DNA from: a virus
Length of the DNA stretch: 64,000 nt
Reading direction: 5' to 3' (one strand)
IMG/VR virus record: IMGVR_UViG_3300023199_000051
Span: 32,001-96,000 of that record
How positions within the stretch are numbered: position 1 is the first letter of the stretch; each line of letters opens with the position of its first letter. Below, piece after piece: positions 1-8,321 of this stretch. The position numbers were made by a program, and so were the translations under genes. Below the pieces are notes generated by a model that had not been told where the DNA came from, made no database searches, and saw only the letters and a program-made list of their open reading frames with translations.

Positions 1-6
1 CCGCAG

Positions 7-582
7 ATGAATGCCCGTCCGCGTCCCATCCGCTCGATGTTCCCTGGCGGTCCTGGGTTCGACAACCTCTTGCTGCCCGACTTCCAGCGCGAATACGTGT
101 GGGAACCAAAGCAGGCAGCCGCCTACCTCAACAGCGTTCTGCGCGGTGTGCCTGGTGGCTCCTACCTCTTCTGGCGCCCCCAGCTACGCGGCGTCATCTA
201 CGTCGTGGACGGGCAGCAGCGCCTCACCACGCTGGGCGCTCCGATCAAGCGCAGCGACGGCGACATCAACAAGCCACACGATGAGGTCCGGTTCTCGCTG
301 GAGACGATGCGATTCGCGGTAGAACCACGCGGCAAGTCCGTGCACCTCCGACTCGTCACCTACGGCGGCCTGCACACACGGGCCGCGCTTGAAGCACTGC
401 CACGGCATCTCCAGAACGTCGTCATGGAGGTCCGACGTCGCATGCAGGACCACCGCACCCCGGTCATCACCATGACCGAGTGCAGCGCCGAGGACGTGGC
501 CGAAGCGTTCATCAACCTCAACGCAGGCGGAACCCCGTTCGATCGAGGCATGATCGAGAAGCTGCTGGGAGAGCTGGCGTGA
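7..582 (+). CDS. Stand-alone DUF262 (GmrSD/SspE N-terminal, ParB-like) protein
   Basis: Motifs LPDFQREYVW, LNSVLRGVPGGSYLFW, VVDGQQRLTTL and FINLNAGGTP match DUF262. No C-terminal HNH/DUF1524 domain. Confidence 0.85.
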   Translation: MNARPRPIRSMFPGGPGFDNLLLPDFQREYVWEPKQAAAYLNSVLRGVPGGSYLFWRPQLRGVIYVVDGQQRLTTLGAPIKRSDGDINKPHDEVRFSLETMRFAVEPRGKSVHLRLVTYGGLHTRAALEALPRHLQNVVMEVRRRMQDHRTPVITMTECSAEDVAEAFINLNAGGTPFDRGMIEKLLGELA

Positions 583-746
583 GCGTGTCGGAGCTTCCGC
601 GGTCGACACCCTGATTTGACAGGAGTGCACGAAAGCGCAGGGCACTACGCCACTACCAGCTGTCTGATGTCTGGTGTATCACAGCAGGCTACATTGTAGG
701 GGCTGGCGGGATGATCCTGTCAGCCAGACGCAACGGAGACCCCCTG

Positions 747-1025
747 ATGAGTGACAAACCTGCTGTTCTGACGCTGACCGAGCTGAAGCGCCGCGCTGAC
801 GAAGCTGGTACTGACATCGAGCTGTGGGACCGGGACTCTGGCTTCGTCCAGTTCGAGACCGAAGTCAATGGCGAGTGGCTGGGCAGCCAGTGGTACGACA
901 TCTCCACCCTTCCGCCCTGGGCGCGGGCGATCGTCAACGGCGACCTGGAGGCTCGTAGCCAGGTCCCCTCCGACCACAACGCTCGCATGGCCGAGCGTCG
1001 CCAGCTGGGCCTGGTGCGCTTCTAG
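747..1025 (+). CDS. Hypothetical protein
   Basis: GGAG at 735-738 before ATG 747 (track ORF starts at 711); typical high-GC codon use. Confidence 0.6.
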   Translation: MSDKPAVLTLTELKRRADEAGTDIELWDRDSGFVQFETEVNGEWLGSQWYDISTLPPWARAIVNGDLEARSQVPSDHNARMAERRQLGLVRF

Positions 1026-1067
1026 CCGACACCGACACCAACACCGACACCGACACCGACACCGACA
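1026..1067. repeat. Intergenic hexamer tandem repeat (CCGACA)x7, one copy CCAACA
   Basis: Read directly; lies between TAG 1023-1025 and GGAGG 1072-1076. Confidence 0.95.
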
Positions 1068-1081
1068 CCCTGGAGGCTTCC

Positions 1082-1570
1082 ATGCCCGACAAGGCCAAGC
1101 TCGACAAGACCCTTCTGCGCTTCCACCGGCGCCTCAACCAACCCGAATGCCTGCTTGTCATGGCGCTGCTGCGGCGTGCCGCTGCGGACTGCTTCGTGGT
1201 CGCCGGGCTCAACGACTGCAACGAGCCAGTGTACACCCGACGCGACCGGCCGGGTCTGCTGTGCAGCAAGGGCTTCAGCTTCCGGCTGCGGCACTTCGGA
1301 AACAATGCCGATCTGTCCAGCAACGCCCGCACCGAGTTCATCCTCAACCTCTCCCAGGGAGACACCACGGCAGCTTTCCACCGAGGCGCGGTCGGGTGGG
1401 CTCGCAAAGCACTGGAGCTGCTGACGGCCGAGGCGCGACAGCACTCGCCGAAGCCCCGACCCACCCTCTACGAAGGCGACATGCTGGGCCTGATTGGGCT
1501 GGCCGAGGGGGACTTGGAGCGCCTCGAAGCCGTCGATCGCACCGTCGGACCCTACATCACCAGGAGCTGA
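1082..1570 (+). CDS. Hypothetical protein
   Basis: GGAGG RBS at 1072-1076; part of the co-directional + strand run. Confidence 0.7.
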   Translation: MPDKAKLDKTLLRFHRRLNQPECLLVMALLRRAAADCFVVAGLNDCNEPVYTRRDRPGLLCSKGFSFRLRHFGNNADLSSNARTEFILNLSQGDTTAAFHRGAVGWARKALELLTAEARQHSPKPRPTLYEGDMLGLIGLAEGDLERLEAVDRTVGPYITRS

Positions 1571-1573
1571 GCC

Positions 1574-2149
1574 GTGAAGCTGTCCAATGCCATGCGCCGC
1601 GAGCTGCACCGCTACACGCTTCATCAGCGCGGCTGGAAGGGTGAGCGCCCCTCGTACTACCGAGCCTCCAACGCTGGGGAGCGTGCGCTCCTCTTCAAGA
1701 CCGCCCTCCTCAAGCAATCTGCCGAAGCGCTCGTCCGCCGCGGGCTGCTGGAGAGTACGGAGGTTCGAGAGGACTCCCCCTACGTACCTGAGCGAGAGCA
1801 GAATCGTATCAGGGTGTACCGCCTCACCGACAAGGGATGGAGCACTGTGGTCAAGGATCGCGGCTGGCTGGCCTTTGACAAGACGGGCTCTGGCGCTGAT
1901 ACCAACTACGTGCTCACGGGACCCGACGGCAGGCGCCTCGGCATCGCTACTGCTATCCCCTACATCAGCCCCTGCACATGCGGCTACGAGTGCCAGGAGG
2001 CTGGTGAGTGTGTCAACCCCGATGGGGTGTACCGGGGCACTAAGGGTTGGCGCCTCTTCCCCGGCGGCGACGTCGTGGTCGACAATCTCTCCATGGCCCG
2101 CGAGGCGCTGCTCGACTTGTGTCTTCCGCTGGAGCGTGGCAATGGGTGA
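1574..2149 (+). CDS. Hypothetical protein; frame stays open to TAG 2228-2230 past the TGA
   Basis: GTG start 3 nt after the previous stop; Cys cluster CTCGYEC...C. Confidence 0.65.
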   Translation: MKLSNAMRRELHRYTLHQRGWKGERPSYYRASNAGERALLFKTALLKQSAEALVRRGLLESTEVREDSPYVPEREQNRIRVYRLTDKGWSTVVKDRGWLAFDKTGSGADTNYVLTGPDGRRLGIATAIPYISPCTCGYECQEAGECVNPDGVYRGTKGWRLFPGGDVVVDNLSMAREALLDLCLPLERGNG

Positions 2150-2230
2150 ATCCGACATATCTTCGAGGGCTCTCCTGGGGCTCCCGGCACGCTGGAGCGG
2201 CTGGAGAAGCTGGCCCGAGTCATCGAGTAG

Positions 2231-2259
2231 TTGTCATATGTGCCACACTAGACTACACT
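2231..2259 (+). promoter_or_regulatory. Sigma70-like promoter TTGTCA-N17-TACACT
   Basis: -35 at 2231-2236 and -10 at 2254-2259, upstream of ATG 2284. Confidence 0.7.
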
Positions 2260-2283
2260 GCAACCATACCGAAGGACTGCGAC

Positions 2284-3021
2284 ATGCTCTGCACGCGAAA
2301 CCCGGTCAGCCTCCCGCAGCTGGCCAACATCGAGATCCCAGACGCGACGTCGACCTACCAGCCTGTCTCGCACATCGTGCTGGCTCGGCGCGTGAAGCAT
2401 GCGTTCACCAGGTCCACAGGGCTGCACCTCGAAGACGAGAGGTATGGCACCAGCAAAGCAGGCAAGCGCATGTTTGGTGCGCTCCGCTTCGCGCCTCTCG
2501 ACTATGAGGGCAACCCGGACCGTAGCTCGCCGGTAGCTCTCGCTGTGGGGCTACGCAACAGCTACGACAAGAGCGTGAGCGCTGGTGTGGCCGTCGGCGG
2601 CTCGGTGTTCGTGTGCGACAACCTCTGCTTCGCAGGTTCGGGCATCACCTACATGCGGCGGCACACCCGCCACGTCTGGCATGACCTCGACCGCATCATC
2701 ACCATTGCCGCGGATGGTGCGAAGCGCAAGTACCGCAACCTCCTGGACCAGCTGGAGAGGATGCAGCAAGCTCCCTGCTCCAACGATCGGGCCTACAGAC
2801 TCATCGGGCTCCTGCGCGGTCGCGGGGTGTTGATGCCGTCCATGATGTCCCCGGCCTACGACGCCTGGGACAATCCGCCTCACCCAGACTTCGATGAACC
2901 GACCTTCTGGCGGCTGTACAACGCCTGCAACCACGCGCTGAAGGTCTCGACGGCGGACAGCATGATCGACCGGCACGCCAAGCTCCACCACCTGCTGCTG
3001 AGGAACGCTGATGTCGGTTGA
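2284..3021 (+). CDS. DUF932 family phage/plasmid protein
   Basis: TYQPVSH, RMFGALRF, LRNSYDKSVSAGVAVGGSVFVCDNLCF. Start chosen downstream of the promoter. Confidence 0.8.
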   Translation: MLCTRNPVSLPQLANIEIPDATSTYQPVSHIVLARRVKHAFTRSTGLHLEDERYGTSKAGKRMFGALRFAPLDYEGNPDRSSPVALAVGLRNSYDKSVSAGVAVGGSVFVCDNLCFAGSGITYMRRHTRHVWHDLDRIITIAADGAKRKYRNLLDQLERMQQAPCSNDRAYRLIGLLRGRGVLMPSMMSPAYDAWDNPPHPDFDEPTFWRLYNACNHALKVSTADSMIDRHAKLHHLLLRNADVG

Positions 3022-3739
3022 TCGTGAGCTGCTCTGGAAGGCGTGGCCTGACGGCTACCTGGCCGCACGCGGTGTAAGCACCATCGGCGGCTGGAGGTGC
3101 CTTAGCGTGGTGCTGCCCCGAGACCCGGCAGAGGTCGCGAAAGACCTTGAAGACTTTGTCCGTGGCAATGCGATGGAGCAAGATGAAAGTGGCTTCATCT
3201 GGGACTCCAACGGCTACATACATTCCCCTGATGCCTTCTCTGAGGATGTAGCTGTCCCGACGAGCCGCTGGACTGATGACGTGCATGCCTGCACCGGATC
3301 GATGCAGCTGTCCCACGTCGTCGTGTCTGATCCTGATCACTGGGTTGCCCTCGACGATCTCATCTGTGAAGCCCTAGACCGCGGAGACCTCCTCCCCAAC
3401 GTCGACCCTGCAGACCGCGCGACATGGGCGTGCCTACTTGAAGACCTTGCCGAGGCTTTAGGTGATCGGTTCGAGCGCCCCGTTGCAGCAAATGATGCCA
3501 TCACAGCCTACGTGTGGAAGACCAACTGCTGCGATGGCCGGGAGGACAGCATCGAGATGCTGCAGTGGCGTCTGGAGGCACACACCTTCCAGGGCTTGGT
3601 GTGGGTCTTCCACTTTGATTACGACATCGACACTGACGATCCCGCCGAAGCTCTCGTCCGAGCCCGTATCCAAGTGCGGGAAGGACGGGGGGCCCCTGGA
3701 TCCCAGGGGACCAGTACCTCCCAGGGGCCACAACAGTGA
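3011..3739 (+). CDS. Hypothetical protein
   Basis: Overlaps the end of DUF932 (translational coupling); acidic, protein-like composition. Confidence 0.65.
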   Translation: MSVDRELLWKAWPDGYLAARGVSTIGGWRCLSVVLPRDPAEVAKDLEDFVRGNAMEQDESGFIWDSNGYIHSPDAFSEDVAVPTSRWTDDVHACTGSMQLSHVVVSDPDHWVALDDLICEALDRGDLLPNVDPADRATWACLLEDLAEALGDRFERPVAANDAITAYVWKTNCCDGREDSIEMLQWRLEAHTFQGLVWVFHFDYDIDTDDPAEALVRARIQVREGRGAPGSQGTSTSQGPQQ

Positions 3740-3966
3740 GCGGCGAGAAGTCTACAGCGCACAAGACGGTCACCTACAGGAGCGGCCCCGAAGGGGAGGG
3801 GTGCCTCATTGCTGTCGCCCTCTTCAGTGTGACATGCAGTGGGCTCATCCCCATTGGAGCCAGCCTCAACCGAATTGCCGCGGCCATCAACAACTACACT
3901 GAGCAATGCGGCTGCGAAGCGGCCGATCACGAACACCCCCTCAGAGGAGCCTCCGATGAGCACTGA
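3736..3966 (+). CDS. Small hypothetical protein
   Basis: GTGA overlap with the upstream stop; fills the gap between neighbours. Confidence 0.4.
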   Translation: MSGEKSTAHKTVTYRSGPEGEGCLIAVALFSVTCSGLIPIGASLNRIAAAINNYTEQCGCEAADHEHPLRGASDEH

Positions 3967-4654
3967 CTGTGGCGACTACGGCGACCCCGGTTCAGCCCCT
4001 ATCCGGGCTGGCGTCACCAACTACGAGATGGACGAAGGGGAACGCTGGCTCGGCTGGGTATCAGGGGTGCCGCTAAACAGGCAACAGGTAGCCCATGGCC
4101 GAAGTCGCTACTTCGACACGCAAGAGGAAGCAGCGGAGTGGGTAGCGCAGCAGCAGGCGGGTGATCCGGTGTTCCGCCTCGGTGACTTGCTGGCCTACCA
4201 GCGCCACCGAGATGGCGAGATCATCGCGGGGGTAGTGCGCACGATCATTCCGATTCCGCATGACTACTGCAAGCAGTGGCCCAAGATGCGCCACTGCCCC
4301 TACGCCTACCGCCTTGCTGTGCCTCCAGATGCAGGGGGGTACCGCACCGTCGATGAGTGCCGTCTGTCGTACTGGCGTGACGGCCCCGATGGCTGGCGGC
4401 AGCTGGCCGACGATCAGGAGGCGCTCCTACATCGCATCCACGAGCACAGAGACACCCCAACTTCGAGCTTCCGCCTCGACACCACAGGCGCACAGCGCGC
4501 CCGAGACATGCGAGCTGCTCGGGGCCTGGCCACGCACGGCTTCGTTCGCATCGAGCGGACCATGGCCACCATCAACAGAACGCGGGCTGATTGCACCCTC
4601 CTGGACCTCACCAGCGCTGGCACCGAGTACGCAGAGAAGCGCTTGTGTCCCTGA
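3956..4654 (+). CDS. Hypothetical protein
   Basis: GGAG RBS before ATG 3956 (MSTDCG), in frame with track ORF 3839..4654. Confidence 0.65.
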   Translation: MSTDCGDYGDPGSAPIRAGVTNYEMDEGERWLGWVSGVPLNRQQVAHGRSRYFDTQEEAAEWVAQQQAGDPVFRLGDLLAYQRHRDGEIIAGVVRTIIPIPHDYCKQWPKMRHCPYAYRLAVPPDAGGYRTVDECRLSYWRDGPDGWRQLADDQEALLHRIHEHRDTPTSSFRLDTTGAQRARDMRAARGLATHGFVRIERTMATINRTRADCTLLDLTSAGTEYAEKRLCP

Positions 4655-4977
4655 TGAGCTGTGGCGAGGCGTCCAACCTGATCCTGCACGTACTGTTGCG
4701 GCACCTGGGTAGCCTGGCCCTCTCAAGTGCATCGCCGCCCTGGTACCTGGAGAAAGCCTTCATCCACGTCCCAGGCCTTGCCGGTAAGCGCAGGGCGGCT
4801 GTTGCTACCGAGATGCACCCGGGTACGAGGTTCGTTCGGGTCCGGCCTCACGGCCAGATCTCCATCTTCGACGGTGAGCAGGAACATGTCGTGGACCTGA
4901 GCAGTGTCCGAAGCTCAGGCCAGGCGGCTGCCATCCTAGAAGTGCTGTCCGAGCACTTTCCACCCCTCGGCGAGTAG
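4654..4977 (+). CDS. Hypothetical protein
   Basis: TGATG stop/start overlap at 4652-4656. Confidence 0.6.
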   Translation: MSCGEASNLILHVLLRHLGSLALSSASPPWYLEKAFIHVPGLAGKRRAAVATEMHPGTRFVRVRPHGQISIFDGEQEHVVDLSSVRSSGQAAAILEVLSEHFPPLGE

Positions 4978-4982
4978 AGGGC

Positions 4983-5543
4983 ATGTTCGAGCTGTCCCCA
5001 TACCCCATTGCAGGTCCATGGGTCCGGTACAGGGTCGCAGATGGAGATGCGCGCTACCCGGAGCCCGAGATTCCATTGCCCGGCTCCTGGCTTGGCGTAG
5101 TCCCCGAGCACATCCTTAGGGCCATATCCCCCGCCAGCACGGCGGAGAGTGCTAGGGACCAGCTCGCTGACAGTCTGCAGTTCACGTCACACCGGGGCGG
5201 CTCGTTCGCAGCGGTGCACCTAGGCGTGCTGCTGCATCCCTGGACGGCCCTGTCCACCTCACCACGCCACACCCATGCAGCAGGGGCGCTGGTGGTCCGT
5301 GTGGGTGCCGTAGTGGCCGTGCAGCAGACATGGGAGCCCCCGCCCGAGAAGCTCCGCCTTCCCTTCCACGGTGTTGCGGAGGAGATGAAGGCTGTCCAGC
5401 AAGCACGGGACTGGGACAAGCTGTCACTGCTCTGCCCCGACCTCCCCCTGGGAGCCGCACGCCTGGTCATGCTTGGCCAGTGGACCCTTGGAGATCAGAG
5501 ACTTGTCGTCCCCAACCCCGCATTCAGGAAGAACATCGCATGA
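4983..5543 (+). CDS. Hypothetical protein
   Basis: GAGG before ATG; ATGA overlap with the next gene. Confidence 0.6.
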   Translation: MFELSPYPIAGPWVRYRVADGDARYPEPEIPLPGSWLGVVPEHILRAISPASTAESARDQLADSLQFTSHRGGSFAAVHLGVLLHPWTALSTSPRHTHAAGALVVRVGAVVAVQQTWEPPPEKLRLPFHGVAEEMKAVQQARDWDKLSLLCPDLPLGAARLVMLGQWTLGDQRLVVPNPAFRKNIA

Positions 5544-6091
5544 AGAAAGCCACCGCTGACATCACAGCTTTCCACCGGGCTGGAAATGCCCCTGTCCTCG
5601 ACCACCCGCAGATCCCACCCTCCGATCGGGTTGAGCTGCGCAAGCGTCTCATCCGAGAAGAGGTCGGGGAGACCTTGACCGCCATCGACGAAGAAGACCT
5701 TGTCGAGCTTGCAGACGGCATCGCAGACAGCATCGTCGTTCTCATCGGCACCGCCTTGGAGTACGGCATCCCTCTCGAAGAGGTGTGGGAGGAGGTCCAC
5801 CGGGCGAACATGGACAAGTTCCCACCGTGCAGCAACACGCACTGTCACAGCGGTCGCGTCTACATCTACGATGACAGCCCAAGCTCCACCGATCCGTGTC
5901 CTGACTGCAACGGCCGCGGCACTCAGCTGCTGCTTCGGGATGATGGCAAGATCCTCAAGCCGGAAGGGTGGGAGCCGCCTGACATCGCCAAGGTGCTCTC
6001 AGCGGTCGCCTCGGCCTCCGCCCCGGCCCCCTCCGACGAACCCGAGGGTGACGCGGCCCCTGGAGCCACGTCCTCGGGAGCGTCCTCCTGA
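5540..6091 (+). CDS. MazG-like / PRA-PH-type NTP pyrophosphohydrolase with an inserted Cys4 zinc-finger loop
   Basis: LIREEVGE, ELADGIADSIVV, EVHRANMDK and RDDGKILKPEGW motifs; insertion CSNTHC...CPDCNGRG at 5828-5920. Confidence 0.85.
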   Translation: MKKATADITAFHRAGNAPVLDHPQIPPSDRVELRKRLIREEVGETLTAIDEEDLVELADGIADSIVVLIGTALEYGIPLEEVWEEVHRANMDKFPPCSNTHCHSGRVYIYDDSPSSTDPCPDCNGRGTQLLLRDDGKILKPEGWEPPDIAKVLSAVASASAPAPSDEPEGDAAPGATSSGASS

Positions 6092-6985
6092 GGTGCGGTG
6101 CTGGCGCCGCCCCGCTGGACGCCCGGTAGGCGGTTGGGTGCCATGCGATGACTGGGTTTGATGCCTACCGGACGCCGTGAACGGAGAGTGGGGACGCTGG
6201 CGTGGGGGTCTGTACCCCTCCATCGGAGGAAGGGGGCGTTGATCGTACAGTACCTCTTCCCACGATGGCTCTGGCTCAGGGGGAGGGGGCGGAGGTGAAG
6301 CGGGCACAGGTAGAGCATGCTCTTGGGCATGGGCGTCACCCATCACGTGGATGTGGACCTCCACACCAGCCCCTGACATGAGGTCTGTGAAGATCCCCTC
6401 GATAGCGTCAGCGATCTCCCGGAAGCTGCTGTCTGGGGGTCGCTCACCGGGATGCACCGCGTGCATGTGGTGGAAGGCCCCCATGATGTCGTCCATGGCA
6501 GCCGACCGCCGATGTCGCCTTGACCGGCGGTGCCGTCCCGGCCCCCGTCCTGGCCCCCGTCCCGGCCCCTGTCCCGCCCCCCGTGCCTGCTGACTGCGCG
6601 CCTTGCGAGCCTTCGCCTCTGCTTCCCTGGCCTTCGCCTCCGCGCGCTGCTGTGCTTCTCGCGCCCTGGCTTGCTGCTCAGCCCATGCTGCAAAGCTGTC
6701 TGGGTCGAACCCGAAGCCGCTGCTGCTAGGAGGGGGAGGTGGTGGAGGGTTCTTTGGCTGCGCCTTGCGCCGCACAGCCTTGAGCCCCTTGAGATAGTCG
6801 TAGGCCGCTTGCTTCTGCTTGAACACACCCTCGTCACCGTCAGGCCGGTCGGGGTGCCATTGCTTGGCTGCCTCCTTCCACGCCTGGCGGAGCGGTCCAC
6901 TCTTCCACGCCTGGAGGTCTTGTTCGGCCGTCTTCCCCTTCAACTCCGGGGCTTCGAGACCGAGCCTCTTGAGGGCTTCGGCCAT
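5999..6985 (-). CDS. J-domain (DnaJ-like) protein with Pro/Gly-rich extension
   Basis: AWKEAAKQWHPDRPDGDEGVFKQKQAAYDYL (HPD motif) followed by SSGFGFDP. The 3' end overlaps the MazG-like gene in antisense by 93 nt, so the C-terminus is uncertain. Confidence 0.75.
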   Translation of the reverse strand: MAEALKRLGLEAPELKGKTAEQDLQAWKSGPLRQAWKEAAKQWHPDRPDGDEGVFKQKQAAYDYLKGLKAVRRKAQPKNPPPPPPPSSSGFGFDPDSFAAWAEQQARAREAQQRAEAKAREAEAKARKARSQQARGAGQGPGRGPGRGPGRHRRSRRHRRSAAMDDIMGAFHHMHAVHPGERPPDSSFREIADAIEGIFTDLMSGAGVEVHIHVMGDAHAQEHALPVPASPPPPPPEPEPSWEEVLYDQRPLPPMEGYRPPRQRPHSPFTASGRHQTQSSHGTQPPTGRPAGRRQHRTSGGRSRGRGSRGRVTLGFVGGGRGGGRGDR

Positions 6986-7047
6986 GGTGATCTTCAACGG
7001 CCCTCCTCGACTACACTGTAACGGACACACTGCACGGGAAGCTGCAT

Positions 7048-7833
7048 ATGCCTGCGATCATCCACCCGAAGTTCATCTACATCCACGTTCCGAAGTGCGG
7101 CGGCTACTACGTAGTCGAAGCGCTGAAGCGTGCTGGGATCATCGACCCAGAGCACCTGGTTGCCGCACCTACACACGTCAGCCTCTCGGATCTGTACCAG
7201 CTGTACGGCGCTGATCGCGGCCTGCCTGTGCTGGGAGGTGTCCGCAAGCCCCCGAGCTGGTATGCCTCATGGGTCCGGTACTTCTCGTGCCCTCCTGGTC
7301 ACAAGGGACCACCAGCATGGCCAGAGGCCCAGCGTGTGTGGGCTGCTGGCGGGCATGACCCAGTGCAGCTGATCAGCGCCATGTCCGACCCCACTCGCGC
7401 TGGCGTCCCCCACGAAGCCCAGCTGTACTCGGACTACACACTGCCCGTGATGTTCGGGGGCGGCTTCCGCGAACCGCTCGACGGGATGCGGCGCTGCAGC
7501 ATCGGCCTGTGCACCTGGTTCCATCTCTACGCCTTCTCCACAGTGCAGCACCCTCCTGCCGAGCTGGGCGCATGGCAAGACACCGTCCGCCTCGACCACG
7601 CGCTCCATACCGAGCAGCTGTCCTGGAACCTGAGCAAGGCCCTGGCCCGACTTGGCATCCGAACCGACCAGGTCACCCGCGCCATCAACACCACACCGAA
7701 GCAGAACACGACGGCCTCGCATGACACCGCGGAGGACAACCCGTGGCGCGTGCGCCCCGAAGACCTGCCACCTGGCCTGGTCGATCAGATCATGCAGCGT
7801 GACCGCTTCATTGTGGAGCGGTACTACCGCTAG
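7048..7833 (+). CDS. Sulfotransferase-family (Sulfotransfer_2-like) protein
   Basis: FIYIHVPKCGG (5'-PSB-like) and VRKPPSWYASW (3'-PB-like) motifs. Confidence 0.7.
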   Translation: MPAIIHPKFIYIHVPKCGGYYVVEALKRAGIIDPEHLVAAPTHVSLSDLYQLYGADRGLPVLGGVRKPPSWYASWVRYFSCPPGHKGPPAWPEAQRVWAAGGHDPVQLISAMSDPTRAGVPHEAQLYSDYTLPVMFGGGFREPLDGMRRCSIGLCTWFHLYAFSTVQHPPAELGAWQDTVRLDHALHTEQLSWNLSKALARLGIRTDQVTRAINTTPKQNTTASHDTAEDNPWRVRPEDLPPGLVDQIMQRDRFIVERYYR

Positions 7834-8267
7834 GGCTGTCCTGGCGGGCGTCCAGGAGTCTGCTCTGCTGGCTCGCCTTCAGGCGCTTCACCCTCGTCTG
7901 ACGCCTGCACGGGTGCTGTGCTCACCGAGCCGAGCCCGAAGGGCAGCTCGATGGTGCCGCGGCCCACACCGATCATCGCCAGCGCAGCGAGGGCGGCCAT
8001 CATGACGAGGGAGGCCAGGAGCATGAACACCATCTTGCGGAAGCGCTCGGCGTCTTCCCGCGCCTGCTTGTTCTGCTTCTCCAACAGCGAGATCACGCGG
8101 TCAGTGGTCTCGTCTTCTCGCTGGTTGCGCTCCTTCTCGGCCCGCTTCGACTCGATGAACTGGCGCTTGACGAAGCCAGTCCACCCCTTCTGCCTCGTCG
8201 GCTCAGGCTCCGGCGTCGCTACCTCGCCTGCGGTTTCCGGCTCGCTGCCTGCATCATCGGTACCCAC
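7830..8267 (-). CDS. Coiled-coil plus single-TM membrane protein
   Basis: AGGAG RBS; hydrophobic MVFMLLASLVMMAALAALAMIG after a charged helix. Confidence 0.65.
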   Translation of the reverse strand: MGTDDAGSEPETAGEVATPEPEPTRQKGWTGFVKRQFIESKRAEKERNQREDETTDRVISLLEKQNKQAREDAERFRKMVFMLLASLVMMAALAALAMIGVGRGTIELPFGLGSVSTAPVQASDEGEAPEGEPAEQTPGRPPGQP

Positions 8268-8321
8268 TGCGCACTCTCCTGCACCTCTATGTTAGCCCAG
8301 CGCAGCTCTACCTGGTAGCGG

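Noticed and set aside
616-621. TTGACA at 616-621 and at 46990-46985 as -35 boxes
   Set aside because: There is no acceptable -10 at 16-18 nt spacing, and the second would start transcription inside a tRNA.
1026-1067. CRISPR array
   Set aside because: The repeats are contiguous hexamers without spacers, and I saw no repeat-spacer array or cas gene anywhere in the window.
1022-2158. Long antisense or alternate-frame ORFs (e.g. 1022..2158 -, 16453..17799 -, 35970..37496 +, 55181..56731 +)
   Set aside because: Shadow ORFs expected in high-GC DNA. They overlap better-supported genes with motifs and RBSs and have no motifs of their own.
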